The position numbers and the translations under genes were made by a program. Source: Armatimonadota bacterium (GTDB lineage: Bacteria; Sysuimicrobiota; Sysuimicrobiia; Sysuimicrobiales; Sysuimicrobiaceae). Taken from it: a stretch of 64,000 nt of DNA. Under the pieces are notes generated by a model. That model did no database searches. It was not told the DNA's origin and was given only the letters and a program-made list of their open reading frames with translations. Shown one piece after another: positions 21,645 through 32,714 of the stretch. Location: positions 22,361-86,360 of the forward strand of contig JANXCW010000006.1 of NCBI GenBank assembly GCA_025059775.1, written 5' to 3'. Positions within the stretch are counted from its first letter, which is position 1; each line of letters begins with the position of its first letter.

Positions 21645-22949
21645 CTACGCCATTGTCCCAGAAGGGGGCAACCCCCTCCCCTCCCCGAGCGGCGCGCCCG
21701 CGTAGGCCCGGTCCAGGATCTCGAAGGTGTGCAGAACTGCAAGAGGCCTTCGCAGAGCCCGGAGGTGTGTGCGGAGCTGAACCATGCACCCGATGTTCCC
21801 CGTGGCCACCACCTCCGCCCCGGTGGACAGCAGACTCTGTGCCTTCCGCCGACCCAGCTCTGCAGCGATCTCGGGGTGTTCCAGGTTGTAGATGCCCGCG
21901 GACCCACAGCAGATCTCCGCGTCCGCGGGCTCCACGAGCTCCAGGTTGCCCACGCTCGCGAGCAGGCGCCGGGGGGCCTCGTGGATCCCCTGCGCGTGGA
22001 GCAGGTGGCAGGCGTCGTGGTAGACCGCCCGCACGGGACGGGGAAGGGGGGGAGGAGGAGTGAAGCCGAGCTCATAGAGAAACGTGCTGACATCCCGGGC
22101 TTGGGTGGCCAACGCCGTTGCCCGCTCTGCCTCCGGATGTCCCTGAAACAGCAGCTTGTACTCCTGCATGGCGGACCCGCACCCCGCGGCGCTGACTACC
22201 ACCGCGTCCACGTCCTCCGGAAAGACCCGGAGGTTGTGCCGTGCGAGCCGGCGGGCGAGCTCCCCAAAGCCCGAGTGCAGGGCGAGGGCACCGCAGCATC
22301 CCTGTCCCCTCGGCACCACCACCTCCACCCCGTTGTGGCTCAGCACGCGAACCACGGCCCAGTTGATCTGGGGGGCCAGCACCTGCTGCACGCAGCCCAC
22401 GAGGAGCGCCACCCGCGCCCGGGGCTTCCCCCGGGCCGGGGTCACCGCGGGGAGAGCGTTCGCCCGGGGAAGGCGCGGGGGGAGGAGATCGAGCATGGCC
22501 CGTGGCCGGGCCGGCAGAATCCTCCGGAGGGGCCGCACCAGGACTCCGATCCGCGCCACCGCCCGGAATCGCACCGGAAAGGGCAGGATCGTCATCACGA
22601 ATTCCCGCAGAAGACGATCCGGGAGCGGGCGCCGATGCCTGCGCTCTGCGAGTTCTCGGAAGGGTGTCACCAGCTCCACGTACCGCACCCCCGAAGGACA
22701 GGCGGTCTGGCAGCCGAGGCACCCCAGACATCGGTCCACATATGGCAGGACCTCCTGCCACCGAAGCCGGCCTTCCAGCGCCTCCTTCATGAGGAAGATC
22801 CGGCCCCGGGGGGAGTCCATCTCCTCGCCGAGGATCCGGTAGGTAGGGCAGGCGGGAAGACAGAACCCGCAGTGGACGCACGCCTCCACCGCGTGCGCCA
22901 TGTTCGCCCCCACGGCGCCATATCGCTCCGCGGGAATGGCGTGCTGCAC
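21645..22949 (-). CDS. glcF: Glycolate oxidase iron-sulfur subunit
   Basis: [12 protein letters not shown] and [15 protein letters not shown] ferredoxin motifs plus two CCG domains. Confidence 0.93.
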   Translation of the reverse strand: MQHAIPAERYGAVGANMAHAVEACVHCGFCLPACPTYRILGEEMDSPRGRIFLMKEALEGRLRWQEVLPYVDRCLGCLGCQTACPSGVRYVELVTPFRELAERRHRRPLPDRLLREFVMTILPFPVRFRAVARIGVLVRPLRRILPARPRAMLDLLPPRLPRANALPAVTPARGKPRARVALLVGCVQQVLAPQINWAVVRVLSHNGVEVVVPRGQGCCGALALHSGFGELARRLARHNLRVFPEDVDAVVVSAAGCGSAMQEYKLLFQGHPEAERATALATQARDVSTFLYELGFTPPPPLPRPVRAVYHDACHLLHAQGIHEAPRRLLASVGNLELVEPADAEICCGSAGIYNLEHPEIAAELGRRKAQSLLSTGAEVVATGNIGCMVQLRTHLRALRRPLAVLHTFEILDRAYAGAPLGEGRGLPPSGTMA

Positions 22950-24037
22950 TAGCTCGCTCCGAACTTCCCGTGAGGATCCAGGGCCCGCTTCACCCGCCGG
23001 GCGAAGGCCTCGCCTCCCCACTCTCCGAGCATTCCCCGCCCGGGCGGCCCCAGCACGCAAAGACCCGCGAGCCCTAGTTCCACCAGCGTCCGGTGTAGGA
23101 GGCCCAGCTCCCCCGGCCACGCCACCCACGCGCAGGTCCCGCCCACGCTATAGCGTCGGGGAGCGCCTGAGCGGGCCAGCCGTTCCTCAAGGCCTACAAG
23201 ACGCCGGGGAGTGACCGGCACCTTCACCAGCGCATGCCCGGCCGGAACCCACGAGAACTCCCGCAGGTCCTCCCACACCCTCCGCTCCTCCTCCCCCCGC
23301 AAGACCTCCGTCGGTCTACCCAGGAACGCCACAAGGCGCGCGATCCTCGCCTCCAGGGACTCCGCAAGCCCCCCCAGCCGCACCCACAGGACTCCGGACG
23401 GGTCCAGATCCAGGACCTCGAGCTCGAAGCGGCTCATGCCCAGGCGCACCAGGGTGTCCACCGCCTCCCCGAACCTCGGGTGCGCCACCCGGAGCGTGGC
23501 GTGGGCGTGGGGCGCGGGAAAGACCTTAAAGGTGAGTTCCACCAGGACTCCCATCTGGCCGAGGCTTCCTACCATGAGCTTGGGGAAATCGAAGCCCGCG
23601 GCGTTCTTCACCACCTTCCCCCCGCCTCGCACCAGGGTCCCGGTGCCGTCCACAAACCGCACGCCCAGCACGAAGTCCCGCACCCCTCCGTACCGGTAGC
23701 GCCTCGGGCCGCTGAGTCCGCTCGCCACCGTTCCTCCGAGGGTGGCGCCGGAGGCGGAAAACGGCGGATCAAAGGGCAAAAACTGCCCGTGGGCCCGAAG
23801 CATCTCCTCCACCGCACGCACCGGAGTGCCCGCAAGCGCGGTAAAGGTGAACTCCATGGGATCGTAGTCCAGCACGCCCGAGAGCCGGGAGAGGTCGAGC
23901 ACGGTGGCCTCGGAAGGGGGCGTGGAGAGCGCGGTTTTCGTCCCGCCGCCGCGGGGGAGGACGAAGCGCCGCTCCCGAACGATCTCCTGGACCTCTGCTG
24001 CCGTACCTGGCCGTACGAGCTCTCCGACCGGGCTCAT
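22949..24037 (-). CDS. glcE: Glycolate oxidase FAD-binding subunit
   Basis: [26 protein letters not shown]. Lies between glcD and glcF. Confidence 0.92.
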   Translation of the reverse strand: MSPVGELVRPGTAAEVQEIVRERRFVLPRGGGTKTALSTPPSEATVLDLSRLSGVLDYDPMEFTFTALAGTPVRAVEEMLRAHGQFLPFDPPFSASGATLGGTVASGLSGPRRYRYGGVRDFVLGVRFVDGTGTLVRGGGKVVKNAAGFDFPKLMVGSLGQMGVLVELTFKVFPAPHAHATLRVAHPRFGEAVDTLVRLGMSRFELEVLDLDPSGVLWVRLGGLAESLEARIARLVAFLGRPTEVLRGEEERRVWEDLREFSWVPAGHALVKVPVTPRRLVGLEERLARSGAPRRYSVGGTCAWVAWPGELGLLHRTLVELGLAGLCVLGPPGRGMLGEWGGEAFARRVKRALDPHGKFGAS

Positions 24038-25443
24038 GCCCCCACTGTAGCAGCCTCCGGCTCCGGCGGGAACATCTTGCCCCGGTTTGAGAGCTCCTGG
24101 GGATCCATGGCGCGCCGCAGGCGGCGCATGACGGCGAGATCCGCCCCTGTGAACATCTCCGCCAGGAAGGCCCGCTTCTCCATCCCCACCCCGTGCTCGC
24201 CCGTGATGGACCCTCCCAGGCGGATGCACATCCGCAGGATCTCCCCCGCCAGCGCTTCCGCCCGCTCCAGCTCGCCGGGGTTTCGACCGTCGTACAGGAT
24301 GAGGGGGTGAAGGTTGCCGTCTCCCGCGTGGAAGACGTTGGCCACCCGCAGACCGTAGGCGGCGCTTAGGCGCTCGATCTCCCGCAGGGCCTGTCCGAGC
24401 CGGGTGCGCGGCACCACCCCGTCCTGTACCAGATAGTCTGGGCTGAGCCGTCCCACCGCGGAGAACGCCCCCTTCCGCCCCTTCCAGATCTTCTGTCGCT
24501 CCACCTCGTCCTTGGCGAGGCGCACCTCCGTAGGTCCGGAGAGATGGATCACCTCCCACAGCTGGCGCAGTTCCGCCTCCACCTCCGGTTCCTCCCCCTC
24601 CAGCTCCACGATGAGCACGGCCGCGGCATCCCGGGGGTATCCCGCGCCCACCGCGGCCTCCACGGCCTCGAGGCTGAGCCGGTCCATGATCTCGATGGCC
24701 CCGGGCAACAGCCCCGAGGCCACCACCCGTGCCACGGCCTCCCCTGCCTCCTCCAGGCTCCGGTAGGCGGCGAGTACGGTACGGTATGCCTCGGGACGCG
24801 GCACCAGGTGCAGGGTGATCTCCAGGGCGATGCCGAAAAGCCCTTCGGAGCCCACGAAGATCCCCACCAGGTCCGGCCCCACCCCCTCCAGGCTCTCGCC
24901 GCCGAACCGCACCACCTCCCCATCGGCCAGCACCGCCTTGATGCCGAGCACATGGTTAGCGGTCATCCCGTACTTGAGGCAGTGGGCCCCTCCCGAGTTA
25001 AACGCCACGTTCCCGCCGATGGTGCACACGCCCTGGCTGCTGGGGTCCGGAGCGTAGTGCAGGCCGTAGGGGGCCGCGGCCCGGGAGACCTCGAGATTCG
25101 CCACCCCCGGCTCCACCACCACGATGCGCTCCTCCGGGTCCAGGCGCAGGATCCGGTTCAGCCGGTTGAGGGCGATGACGATTCCGCCCTCCACGGGCAA
25201 GCTGCCTCCCGAAAGGCTCGTGCCGCTCCCCCGGGGCACGAACGGCACCCCCTCCCGGTTGCACCATCGCACGGTGGCGATCACCTCATCCTGCGTCTCG
25301 GGCAGCACCACCGCGAGCGGCCGGGCCCGGAAGCCCGTGAGGGCGTCGGATTCGTACGGCGCCAGCTCCGCGGGCCGTGTGAGGATCCGGTCGCGGGGGT
25401 AGATGGCCCGCAGCCCTTCCAGCAGACCCGGGGTCTCCTTCAT
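24034..25443 (-). CDS. glcD: Glycolate oxidase subunit D
   Basis: [36 protein letters not shown]. Confidence 0.93.
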   Translation of the reverse strand: MKETPGLLEGLRAIYPRDRILTRPAELAPYESDALTGFRARPLAVVLPETQDEVIATVRWCNREGVPFVPRGSGTSLSGGSLPVEGGIVIALNRLNRILRLDPEERIVVVEPGVANLEVSRAAAPYGLHYAPDPSSQGVCTIGGNVAFNSGGAHCLKYGMTANHVLGIKAVLADGEVVRFGGESLEGVGPDLVGIFVGSEGLFGIALEITLHLVPRPEAYRTVLAAYRSLEEAGEAVARVVASGLLPGAIEIMDRLSLEAVEAAVGAGYPRDAAAVLIVELEGEEPEVEAELRQLWEVIHLSGPTEVRLAKDEVERQKIWKGRKGAFSAVGRLSPDYLVQDGVVPRTRLGQALREIERLSAAYGLRVANVFHAGDGNLHPLILYDGRNPGELERAEALAGEILRMCIRLGGSITGEHGVGMEKRAFLAEMFTGADLAVMRRLRRAMDPQELSNRGKMFPPEPEAATVGA

Positions 25444-27026
25444 TCCAGGCGGTCGTACGCTAGCAGGGTAAGAAACTCCGTGAATTCCTCCTCCAACACC
25501 AGCCGGTCCAGCAGCTCCGCGGCCTCATGGAGGGCAGAGGGGGTCTGCCGCTCCGCCATGAGCCGCGTCACCTCCTTCTCGCGAACGGATCGGTACAGGT
25601 CCGGAGTCACGGGCGTTCCGTCCTCCATCTTCGCACGGTGGTGGATCCACTGCCACAGCTGGGCCCGGCAGATCTCCGCGGTGGCGGTGTCCTCCATGAG
25701 GTTGTAGATGGCCACGGCCCCCGTGCCCTGCAGCCAGGCCTCCAGGTACTGCAGGGCCACGCTCACGTTGTTCCACAATCCCTGCTCCGTAATGCGACCT
25801 CCGGGAACCCGGAAGTCCAAAAGATCTCGTGCGGTTACCCGCACCTCCTCCCGCAGCCGGTGCTTCTGGTGCGGGCGGTCCTCCAGGACCCGGTCGAAGG
25901 GCTCCCGGGCGATGGGCACCAGGTCCGGATGCGCCACCCAGGTGCCGTCGAAGCCCTGTGCGGATTCCCGCTCCTTGTCCTCCCGGACCTTTGCGAAGGC
26001 GGTCTCGTTCACGCGGGGGTCCTTGCGGCTTGGCACGAAAGCCGCCATTCCCCCGATGGCGTGTGCGCCCCGGCGGTGGCAGGTGCGCACCAGGAGCTCC
26101 GTGTAGGCGTGCATGAAGGGCACCGTCATGGTCACCTGGGCTCGGTCCGGGAATACGAGCTCCGGGCGGTCCCGGAACTTCTTGATCACGCTGAAGATGT
26201 AGTCCCAGCGGCCCGCGTTGAGGCCGGAGGCATGGTCCCGAAGTTCCCAGAGGATCTCGTCCATCTCGAAGGCCGCGAGGATGGTCTCGATGAGCACGGT
26301 GGCCCGGATGGTCCCCCGCGGGATCCCGAGTCGGTCCTGGGCGAAACAGAAGACCTCGTTCCACAGCCGAGCTTCCCGGTAGCTTTCCAGCTTGGGCAGG
26401 TAGAAGTAGGGTCCCGTGCCGCGCTCCAGCAGTTCCCGGGCATTGTGGAAGAAGTACAGACCGAAGTCGAAGAGGCTGGCGCAGATGGGCTCCCCGTCCA
26501 CCCGCACGTGTCGCTCCACCAGGTGCCATCCCCGCGGACGCACCAGCAGGGTAGCGGTTCGGTCTGCCAGCCGGTAGGTCTTGCCCTCTGGGCTCACGTA
26601 CTCGATGGTGCGCCGCACCGCGTCCATGAGGTTTTTCTGTCCGGAGATCACGTTGGTCCAGATGGGGGAGAGGGCGTCTTCGAAATCCGCCATGAACACC
26701 TGGGCTCCTGAATTGAGGGCGTTGATCATCATCTTGCGATCCACAGGACCCGTGATCTCCACCCGGCGGTCCTGGAGGTCCGCGGGCGCGGGAGCCACGG
26801 TCCACGTGGACTCCCGGATGTGCCGGGTCTCGGAGGGGAAGTCGGGCAGGATCCCAGCGGAGAGCTCCCGTTGACGCTCCTTCCGCCGCGCCAGCAGGGC
26901 CTTGCGGGTTCCGTCGAACTCCCGGTGCAAGGCTGCCACGAATTCCAAAGCCTGTGGGGTCAGAACCAGGCTCTGGTCGGGTCCCGCATCCTTGAGCACT
27001 TCCACGCCGCGCGCCGCGATGGCCAT
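25440..27026 (-). CDS. aceB: Malate synthase A
   Basis: [46 protein letters not shown] spacing favours ATG 27026. Confidence 0.95.
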   Translation of the reverse strand: MAIAARGVEVLKDAGPDQSLVLTPQALEFVAALHREFDGTRKALLARRKERQRELSAGILPDFPSETRHIRESTWTVAPAPADLQDRRVEITGPVDRKMMINALNSGAQVFMADFEDALSPIWTNVISGQKNLMDAVRRTIEYVSPEGKTYRLADRTATLLVRPRGWHLVERHVRVDGEPICASLFDFGLYFFHNARELLERGTGPYFYLPKLESYREARLWNEVFCFAQDRLGIPRGTIRATVLIETILAAFEMDEILWELRDHASGLNAGRWDYIFSVIKKFRDRPELVFPDRAQVTMTVPFMHAYTELLVRTCHRRGAHAIGGMAAFVPSRKDPRVNETAFAKVREDKERESAQGFDGTWVAHPDLVPIAREPFDRVLEDRPHQKHRLREEVRVTARDLLDFRVPGGRITEQGLWNNVSVALQYLEAWLQGTGAVAIYNLMEDTATAEICRAQLWQWIHHRAKMEDGTPVTPDLYRSVREKEVTRLMAERQTPSALHEAAELLDRLVLEEEFTEFLTLLAYDRLE

Positions 27027-27072
27027 CCCCATCACCTCCGCTCGCGGGCAGCGTAGCCCCCGCCTGCGGGAG

Positions 27073-27109
27073 TTGTCAATATACGGAAGTTTTTTCTACA
27101 ATGTGGAAA
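27073..27109 (+). promoter_or_regulatory. Divergent aceB/iclR control region: sigma70-type promoter overlapped by a palindromic operator
   Basis: TTGTCA (27073-78), 18-nt spacer, TACAAT (27097-102). Near-perfect palindrome TTTCTACAATGTGGAAA at 27093-27109. Confidence 0.75.
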
Positions 27110-27112
27110 GCC

Positions 27113-27919
27113 ATGGGACGTCCGCGGATCACCGGCCGGGCGGGCGGGGACCGCACCGTGCGGTCCCTGGTGCGGGGCCTGCAGGTGCTGGAGATCCTCG
27201 CGCGGGACCCGGAGCAGAGCCTCACGGAGATCGCCCGCCGGGCGCACCTTCCCTTCAGCACCACCCACCGCCTCCTGGAGACCCTCCGCCGTCGCGGATT
27301 CGTGGCCCAGGTGGAGGAATCCGGACGTTACCGGGTGGGGCTCAAGGCCTTCGAAGTGGGGACCGCGTTCCTCGCATCTCACCGGCTCCCCGAGGTAGCC
27401 CGGCCCGTCATGGCGGAACTGGTGAAGCAGCTGAGCGAGACCGCCAACCTCGCGGTGCGGGACGGCAGGGAGGCCGTCTACGTTCTGCAGGTGGAAAGCC
27501 CCAGGATGCTCAGGCTGTTCGCGCACCCCGGCGCGCGGCATCCCCTCTACTGCACAGGCGTGGGCAAGGTGCTGCTGGCGTGGGAGCCGGAAGAGAAAGT
27601 ACGGGCCATGCTCGGACCAGGACCCCTTCCTCGCTATACGGCCCGGACCCTCACGGATCCGGAGGCGATCTTACAGGAACTGCGGTGGGTACGGGCGCGG
27701 GGATATGCCGTGGACCGGGAGGAGCGGGAGATCGGGGTGCGGTGCGTGGCGGCTCCCGTGCGCGACGCCACGGGGAGGGTGGTGGCGGCCCTTTCCATCT
27801 CCGCCCCCGTGACTCGTCTGCCGTACCGTCGCTTCCCTGAGGTGGCCCGGGCGGTGATGGCGGCGGCCCGACGCATCAGCGAGCGGATGGGGTTTTCCGG
27901 ATCTCCGTCGACCCCCTAG
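27113..27919 (+). CDS. IclR family transcriptional regulator
   Basis: SLVRGLQVLE HTH region, ETANLAV, YCTGVGK, GYAVDREE...GVRCVAAPV. Confidence 0.95.
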   Translation: MGRPRITGRAGGDRTVRSLVRGLQVLEILARDPEQSLTEIARRAHLPFSTTHRLLETLRRRGFVAQVEESGRYRVGLKAFEVGTAFLASHRLPEVARPVMAELVKQLSETANLAVRDGREAVYVLQVESPRMLRLFAHPGARHPLYCTGVGKVLLAWEPEEKVRAMLGPGPLPRYTARTLTDPEAILQELRWVRARGYAVDREEREIGVRCVAAPVRDATGRVVAALSISAPVTRLPYRRFPEVARAVMAAARRISERMGFSGSPSTP

Positions 27920-29088
27920 GTGCTTCCCAGGACTTTCCGCGCGGCCTCCACGCCTGCCCCCGGGGGAACCCGGAAGCCCTCCTCCTGGAGGACGGCCTCC
28001 AGGGCCGAGAGGAGCAACAGGACCACCCGGGGCTGGGCGTTGTAGCCCATGGTCCCGATCCGCCAGAGGTGGTTCCGAAAGGATCCGAATCCCGCGCCGA
28101 TCTCGATGTCGAACTGCTCCAGCAGCCGAGCTCGAACCCGCTCGCCGTCCAAACTCTCCGGCACCCGAACCGTGGTGAGCACGGGGAGCCGGTAGCCCTC
28201 CGCCGCGAACAGCTCAAGGCCCATGGCCTGTAGCCCCGCCTGCAAGGCTCGCCCGACCCGATCGTGGCGGGCCCACCGGGCCTCCAGGCCCTCTTCCAGA
28301 AGGATGCGTAGGGCCTCGCGGAGGGCATAGATCATGGTGGCGGACATGGTGTGGTGGTACCCGCTGCCGGACCAGTACCCCCACAGGAGACCCAGATCGA
28401 AGTAGTAGGACTGCACGGGCCGGCGCCGCCCCTGGATCTTCCGCACCGCGGCCTCGCTGAGCGTCACCGGGCTCATTCCCGGGGGCGCTCCGAGGCACTT
28501 CTGGGTACAGGCGAACACCGCGTCCAGCCCCGTGCGATCCACCTCCAGGGGAATACCCCCGAAGGAGGTGACCGCGTCCACCACCAGCAGCGCCCCGTGC
28601 GCGCGGGCGATGTCCCGGATCTCCTCCAGGGGCTGCTGGACACCGGTGGAGGTCTCCGCGTGCACCAGGGCCAGGATGCGGGGCCGCGTCTCCCGGGCCA
28701 CGCGCGCCACATCCTCCGGATCCACGGGTCTACCCCACGGGGCTTCCACCGTGACCACCTCCGCCCCGCACCTTCGGAACACCTCCCGCATCCGGTCACC
28801 GAAGTATCCCGCCACGCACACCAGGACCCGGTCGCCCGGCTCCGTGAGGCTACTAGCTACCGCCTCCATCCCCGCGCTCCCCGTCCCTGAGATCGCGAAG
28901 GTCCACTCGTTGCGGGTCCGGTAGGCCACGCGGAGGAGATCCGCCACTTCCGCGAGGGCGCTGAGGAACTGGGGGTCCAGATGTCCTAGCACCGGTGTAC
29001 CCAGGGCCCGCAGGACGCGGGGGTGCACGTTGCTGGGCCCGGGTCCCAGCAACCATCGGTCCGCGGGTCGGAAATCGCCGATCTCCAT
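27916..29088 (-). CDS. Alanine/serine-glyoxylate aminotransferase (class V PLP)
   Basis: LLGPGPSN, GHLDP, SGTGSAGME, HAETSTG, DAVTS, TQKCL, YHHT. Confidence 0.93.
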   Translation of the reverse strand: MEIGDFRPADRWLLGPGPSNVHPRVLRALGTPVLGHLDPQFLSALAEVADLLRVAYRTRNEWTFAISGTGSAGMEAVASSLTEPGDRVLVCVAGYFGDRMREVFRRCGAEVVTVEAPWGRPVDPEDVARVARETRPRILALVHAETSTGVQQPLEEIRDIARAHGALLVVDAVTSFGGIPLEVDRTGLDAVFACTQKCLGAPPGMSPVTLSEAAVRKIQGRRRPVQSYYFDLGLLWGYWSGSGYHHTMSATMIYALREALRILLEEGLEARWARHDRVGRALQAGLQAMGLELFAAEGYRLPVLTTVRVPESLDGERVRARLLEQFDIEIGAGFGSFRNHLWRIGTMGYNAQPRVVLLLLSALEAVLQEEGFRVPPGAGVEAARKVLGST

Positions 29089-29090
29089 GG

Positions 29091-29525
29091 CTACCTCCAT
29101 CCCGTGCGCGCTGCGAAGACGAGCAGCGCCAGCAGCGCGGCGTTCACGACATGGGCAAGATAGCACAGAGGACAGTGGGTGCGCAGCCGCCACACCAGGG
29201 CCCAGACCAGGTAGAGGCCGGCAAGCACGGCTCCGAGGGCGGCGGCGAGGACAGCGCCGAGCCACCGCCGGTCTCCCAGCTGAGCGAGGAGAACCGCGGC
29301 GAACACCCCGGGATAGAACCCCAGGCCCACCATACTGTTCGGAACCCCCAGCAGGCGGGCTTCCGGCGCTTCCAGGATGGAAAGACAGCGGCCCTGCTCC
29401 ATGCGGCAGAACTGCGGGAGCCACCGGGGATCTGATGGGAGAACCCGGTGCTGCACCAGCACGAAGTACAGGCTATCGAGAAACCCTACCGCGCACAGCC
29501 CGCCCACGGCCACCGCTTGCCACAC
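29091..29525 (-). CDS. Vitamin K epoxide reductase (VKOR) family protein
   Basis: Four hydrophobic segments, loop cysteine pair (FCRMEQGRC), GVPNS, CPLC active site. Confidence 0.85.
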   Translation of the reverse strand: MWQAVAVGGLCAVGFLDSLYFVLVQHRVLPSDPRWLPQFCRMEQGRCLSILEAPEARLLGVPNSMVGLGFYPGVFAAVLLAQLGDRRWLGAVLAAALGAVLAGLYLVWALVWRLRTHCPLCYLAHVVNAALLALLVFAARTGWR

Positions 29526-29539
29526 GGGATCACGACCTC

Positions 29540-30598
29540 CTAGCCCCCCACCTCTCCGTGGAGGTTCGCCGCCTCCCGGGAAGCGAGGAGGGTCGGTACC
29601 GGCTCGGCGGAACGCAGCTGCCGGGCCGCCTCCTCCGGCGGAACCACATTGATGTAGAAGCCCGTGCCCCACTCGAATCCTGCCACCTGCGTAAGCCGCG
29701 GCATGATCTCCACGTGCCAGTGGTAGAAGTGGCCGGGGAAGGCATCGTAGGGTGCGGTATGCACGATGAAGTTGTACGGAGGGTTCTCGAGGACCGTGTG
29801 GAGCTTCCAGAGCGTGGTGCGGAGGGCGTCCGCGGCCTCCAGGAGCTCCTCGTCCCGCAGCTCGCCGAAGGAGGCCGCGTGGCGCTTGGGGACGATCCAT
29901 GTCTCGTATGGGAAGCGGGAGGCATAAGGTTCGTAGGCCACGAAGCCTTCGTTCTCGTACACCAGCCGATCGCCGCTACGCCGCTCCGCATCCAGCACAT
30001 CGCAATATAGACAGCGGGCCCGATCTGCGAAGTACCCCCGGGCCACCTCCAGCTCCTCCTCCGCCCGCCGGGGAAGGACCGGGAGGGCAATGAGCTGGGA
30101 GTGCGGGTGCGACAGGCTTGCGCCTGCGCTTCGTCCGTGGTTGCGGAAGAGCAGGGCGTATCGAAACCGGGGATCCCGGTCGAGATCCAGGTACCGCTCC
30201 CGGTACACCCACAGGACCTTGGCCACCTGTTCCTGGGACATGAGCCCCAGGTGCGTGTCGTGCTCCGGGGTCTCGATGATCACCTCGTGGGCTCCGACCC
30301 CGTCCATGTGCTCAAAGAGCGGCGCGCCCGCAGGCGCCAGCACTCCCTCGATGCGGAGGGCAGGGAACTTGTTGGGAACCACCCGCACCTCCCAACCGGG
30401 GGTATTGGGAGGACTCCCATCGGGTCGGAGGGCGAGAATTTCGGGTGGGGTCTCGGATTCCTTGCCCCAGCAGAAGGGGCAGCGGTTCCGGTTCTCCACC
30501 ACCTCCTTGGGTCGGACAAAGTCCGTGGGGCGCATGAGCCGATCCGTGGCGATGATCACCCACCGGCCGGAGATGGCGTCCCGTCGCAGCTCAGGCAC
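29540..30598 (-). CDS. galT: Galactose-1-phosphate uridylyltransferase / ADP-glucose phosphorylase family
   Basis: ELRRD, CPFC, NKFPAL, AGASLSHPHSQ, GFEWGTG. Confidence 0.92.
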   Translation of the reverse strand: MPELRRDAISGRWVIIATDRLMRPTDFVRPKEVVENRNRCPFCWGKESETPPEILALRPDGSPPNTPGWEVRVVPNKFPALRIEGVLAPAGAPLFEHMDGVGAHEVIIETPEHDTHLGLMSQEQVAKVLWVYRERYLDLDRDPRFRYALLFRNHGRSAGASLSHPHSQLIALPVLPRRAEEELEVARGYFADRARCLYCDVLDAERRSGDRLVYENEGFVAYEPYASRFPYETWIVPKRHAASFGELRDEELLEAADALRTTLWKLHTVLENPPYNFIVHTAPYDAFPGHFYHWHVEIMPRLTQVAGFEWGTGFYINVVPPEEAARQLRSAEPVPTLLASREAANLHGEVGG

Positions 30599-30600
30599 CC

Positions 30601-32061
30601 TCAACGCCTCTTCTTCGCACGGGCTCGTTCGTACAGCTCCATGTACCGGCGCGCGGACCGGCTCCACGAGAAGTCCGCCCGCATCCCGGCCTGCACCAGT
30701 GTACGCCAGAGGGCGGGATTCCGGAACGCGTCCAGGGCCCGGCGGATGGCCTCCCACAGGGCATCCGGGGTGTACGCCTCGAACACGAACCCGTTGGCCT
30801 CCCCGCGGGCGATGGCCTCCGGGGTGGCGTCTATGATGCTGTCCGCCAGTCCCCCCGTGCGCCGGACCACGGGCACGGTCCCGTACCGGAGACTGTAGAG
30901 CTGGTTGAGGCCGGAGGGTTCGTACCGGGAAGGCATGAGGAACAGGTCACAGCCTGCCTCGATGCGGTGCGCGAGCCCTTCGTCGAACCCAATACGGACC
31001 CCCACGTTCCGTGGGTACCGTTGGGCCGCATCCGTGAAAGCAGCTTCGTACCTCGGATCCCCCATACCCAGCAGCACGAACTGCACGCCCGCGGCCACCA
31101 TCCGCTCCAGGCACTCCTGGACTAGGTCAAGCCCTTTTTGGTCCACCAGGCGCGTGACCATGCCCAGTAGCGGCACCTCGGGCTCATCCGGGAGCCCGAA
31201 CTCCGCCTGCAGGGCCCGCTTGCAGATGCGTTTCCCCGAGAGGTCCTCGAGCCCGTACCGGGCGGGGATGTAGGGGTCCATGCGGGGGTCCCAGACCGAG
31301 TAGTCCACCCCGTTCAGGACCCCGTAGAGGTCCTGGCTACGGGTGCGCAGCACCCCATCGAGTCCATACCCGAACTCCGGGGTCTGGATCTCCCGGGCAT
31401 AGGTCTCGCTCACGGTGCTGAGGAGATCCGCGGAGAGCAGCGCTCCCTTCATGAGGTTCAGAGAGCCGTAGAACTCCAGACGGGACCAGTACACCTCCTC
31501 GGGTAGGCCGGTCACGGGGAACTGCTCCCGGGGGAAGATTCCCTGATAGGCCAGATTGTGGATGGTGAAGAGGGTAGCCGTACCGCCGAGGACGGAGGCC
31601 CCACGTTCCACGGTGTCCAGGTAAATGGGGACCATGGCTGTGTGCCAGTCGTGGCAGTGAAAGACGTCCGGAACCCACCCTGCCAACCGGACCCAGGCGA
31701 GGGCCGCCCGGCACAGGAAGGTGAACCGATGCAGGTTGTCCCCGTAGTCCTGTCCCCTCTCCCCGTAGATCCCGGGCCGTCCGTAGTAGCCCAGGTGGTC
31801 CAGGAACCACACCGGGACCTTCCCGGCAAGGCTCCCCTCCCATATCCCGGCGAGCTCCCCCCGGCCCTCCACGGGTGCCGAGACCTCACCCACGCGCTTG
31901 AGTCCATGGCGTCCGGGGTCCACCGCAGCATACCGGGGCATCAGGACGCGCACGTCCACCCCCAGGTCACGGAGGGCAGGGGGAAGGGCTCCTGCCACAT
32001 CCGCAAGTCCCCCGGTCTTCGCGAAGGGAACCATTTCAGCCACCACGAAGAGTACCCGCAC
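30601..32061 (-). CDS. glgA: Glycogen synthase
   Basis: KTGGLADV, HCHDWHT, TIHNLAYQG, RLVDQKG, MPSRYEP.GL. GTG start follows GGAGG. Confidence 0.96.
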   Translation of the reverse strand: MRVLFVVAEMVPFAKTGGLADVAGALPPALRDLGVDVRVLMPRYAAVDPGRHGLKRVGEVSAPVEGRGELAGIWEGSLAGKVPVWFLDHLGYYGRPGIYGERGQDYGDNLHRFTFLCRAALAWVRLAGWVPDVFHCHDWHTAMVPIYLDTVERGASVLGGTATLFTIHNLAYQGIFPREQFPVTGLPEEVYWSRLEFYGSLNLMKGALLSADLLSTVSETYAREIQTPEFGYGLDGVLRTRSQDLYGVLNGVDYSVWDPRMDPYIPARYGLEDLSGKRICKRALQAEFGLPDEPEVPLLGMVTRLVDQKGLDLVQECLERMVAAGVQFVLLGMGDPRYEAAFTDAAQRYPRNVGVRIGFDEGLAHRIEAGCDLFLMPSRYEPSGLNQLYSLRYGTVPVVRRTGGLADSIIDATPEAIARGEANGFVFEAYTPDALWEAIRRALDAFRNPALWRTLVQAGMRADFSWSRSARRYMELYERARAKKRR

Positions 32062-32176
32062 AAACCTCCTCCCAGCTGGCCGGGCACTGCCTGGGATAAT
32101 GCCACGGAGCAGACCCCGGGGCAACCCCAGGAAGGGAGGGGGTTTGGCCTGTGGGGGACCACGAGAGATCGAGATT

Positions 32177-32348
32177 TTTCGCGATTGGACGCGAAATTCC
32201 GGGTTTCCTGGCATTTTTCGCTTGACAGAAGGCTCTGGATAGTACAAATTCCCCTTAGAAGGCCGGCGAGGGAAGCGACGGCCAACTTTCAGGTCCTGCC
32301 TGGAAAACGGAATACCTTCCCTATTGACCGGAAAGGGTGTTTCCGGTC
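32177..32348. promoter_or_regulatory. Upstream control region of the peptide cassette, with two inverted repeats and a TTGACA
   Basis: TTTCGCG-N6-CGCGAAA (32177-96), TTGACA (32222-27), GACCGGAAA-N5-TTTCCGGTC (32326-48). Confidence 0.45.
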
Positions 32349-32482
32349 CAGGCGGATTTCTAAATTGTCGAAATCAACCTTTTACTCTCCCGCCGGCAGT
32401 ATAGAGCAAATTTCGTGCCAGACTAAATAGGTTCCATGGAAACTTGAATACGAACTTCTCGAACGAAGGAGGGGGGGATGTG

Positions 32483-32500
32483 ATGAATAAGTGGGGGTAA
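32483..32500 (+). CDS. Micro-ORF MNKWG* (short paralog of the downstream peptide gene)
   Basis: ATG AAT AAG TGG GGG TAA preceded by AAGGAGG. It matches both the first five codons and the last codons of the 32-aa ORF. Confidence 0.5.
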   Translation: MNKWG

Positions 32501-32577
32501 AGTTCGGATAATCTGAATGTATGGTGTCTAACTCCTGGAAATTATACTAATAAAACGAATGAAAGGAGGGCAAGGAG

Positions 32578-32676
32578 ATGAACAAGTGGGGAGTGTACGT
32601 GGTGCGGCTGGCGCTGGCCCTGACGACCCTGGCGAGCCTGCTGGTGGCCGGTGGGGCTGCTGGCAAGTGGGGGTAA
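32578..32676 (+). CDS. Unannotated 32-aa signal-peptide-like precursor MNKWGVYVVRLALALTTLASLLVAGGAAGKWG
   Basis: AAAGGAGG and AAGGAG RBS sequences upstream. Host-like GC-rich codons (CTG, GCG, GTG) inside an AT-rich spacer. Too short to appear in the ORF track. Confidence 0.85.
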   Translation: MNKWGVYVVRLALALTTLASLLVAGGAAGKWG

Positions 32677-32714
32677 TTTGACCTGGATGTAGGTGAGCCT
32701 CATTTGATCATGTT

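Noticed and set aside
32220..32460. Possible c-di-GMP riboswitch or CRISPR array in the AT-rich spacer
   Set aside because: No riboswitch consensus and no regularly spaced repeats; only isolated palindromes are present.
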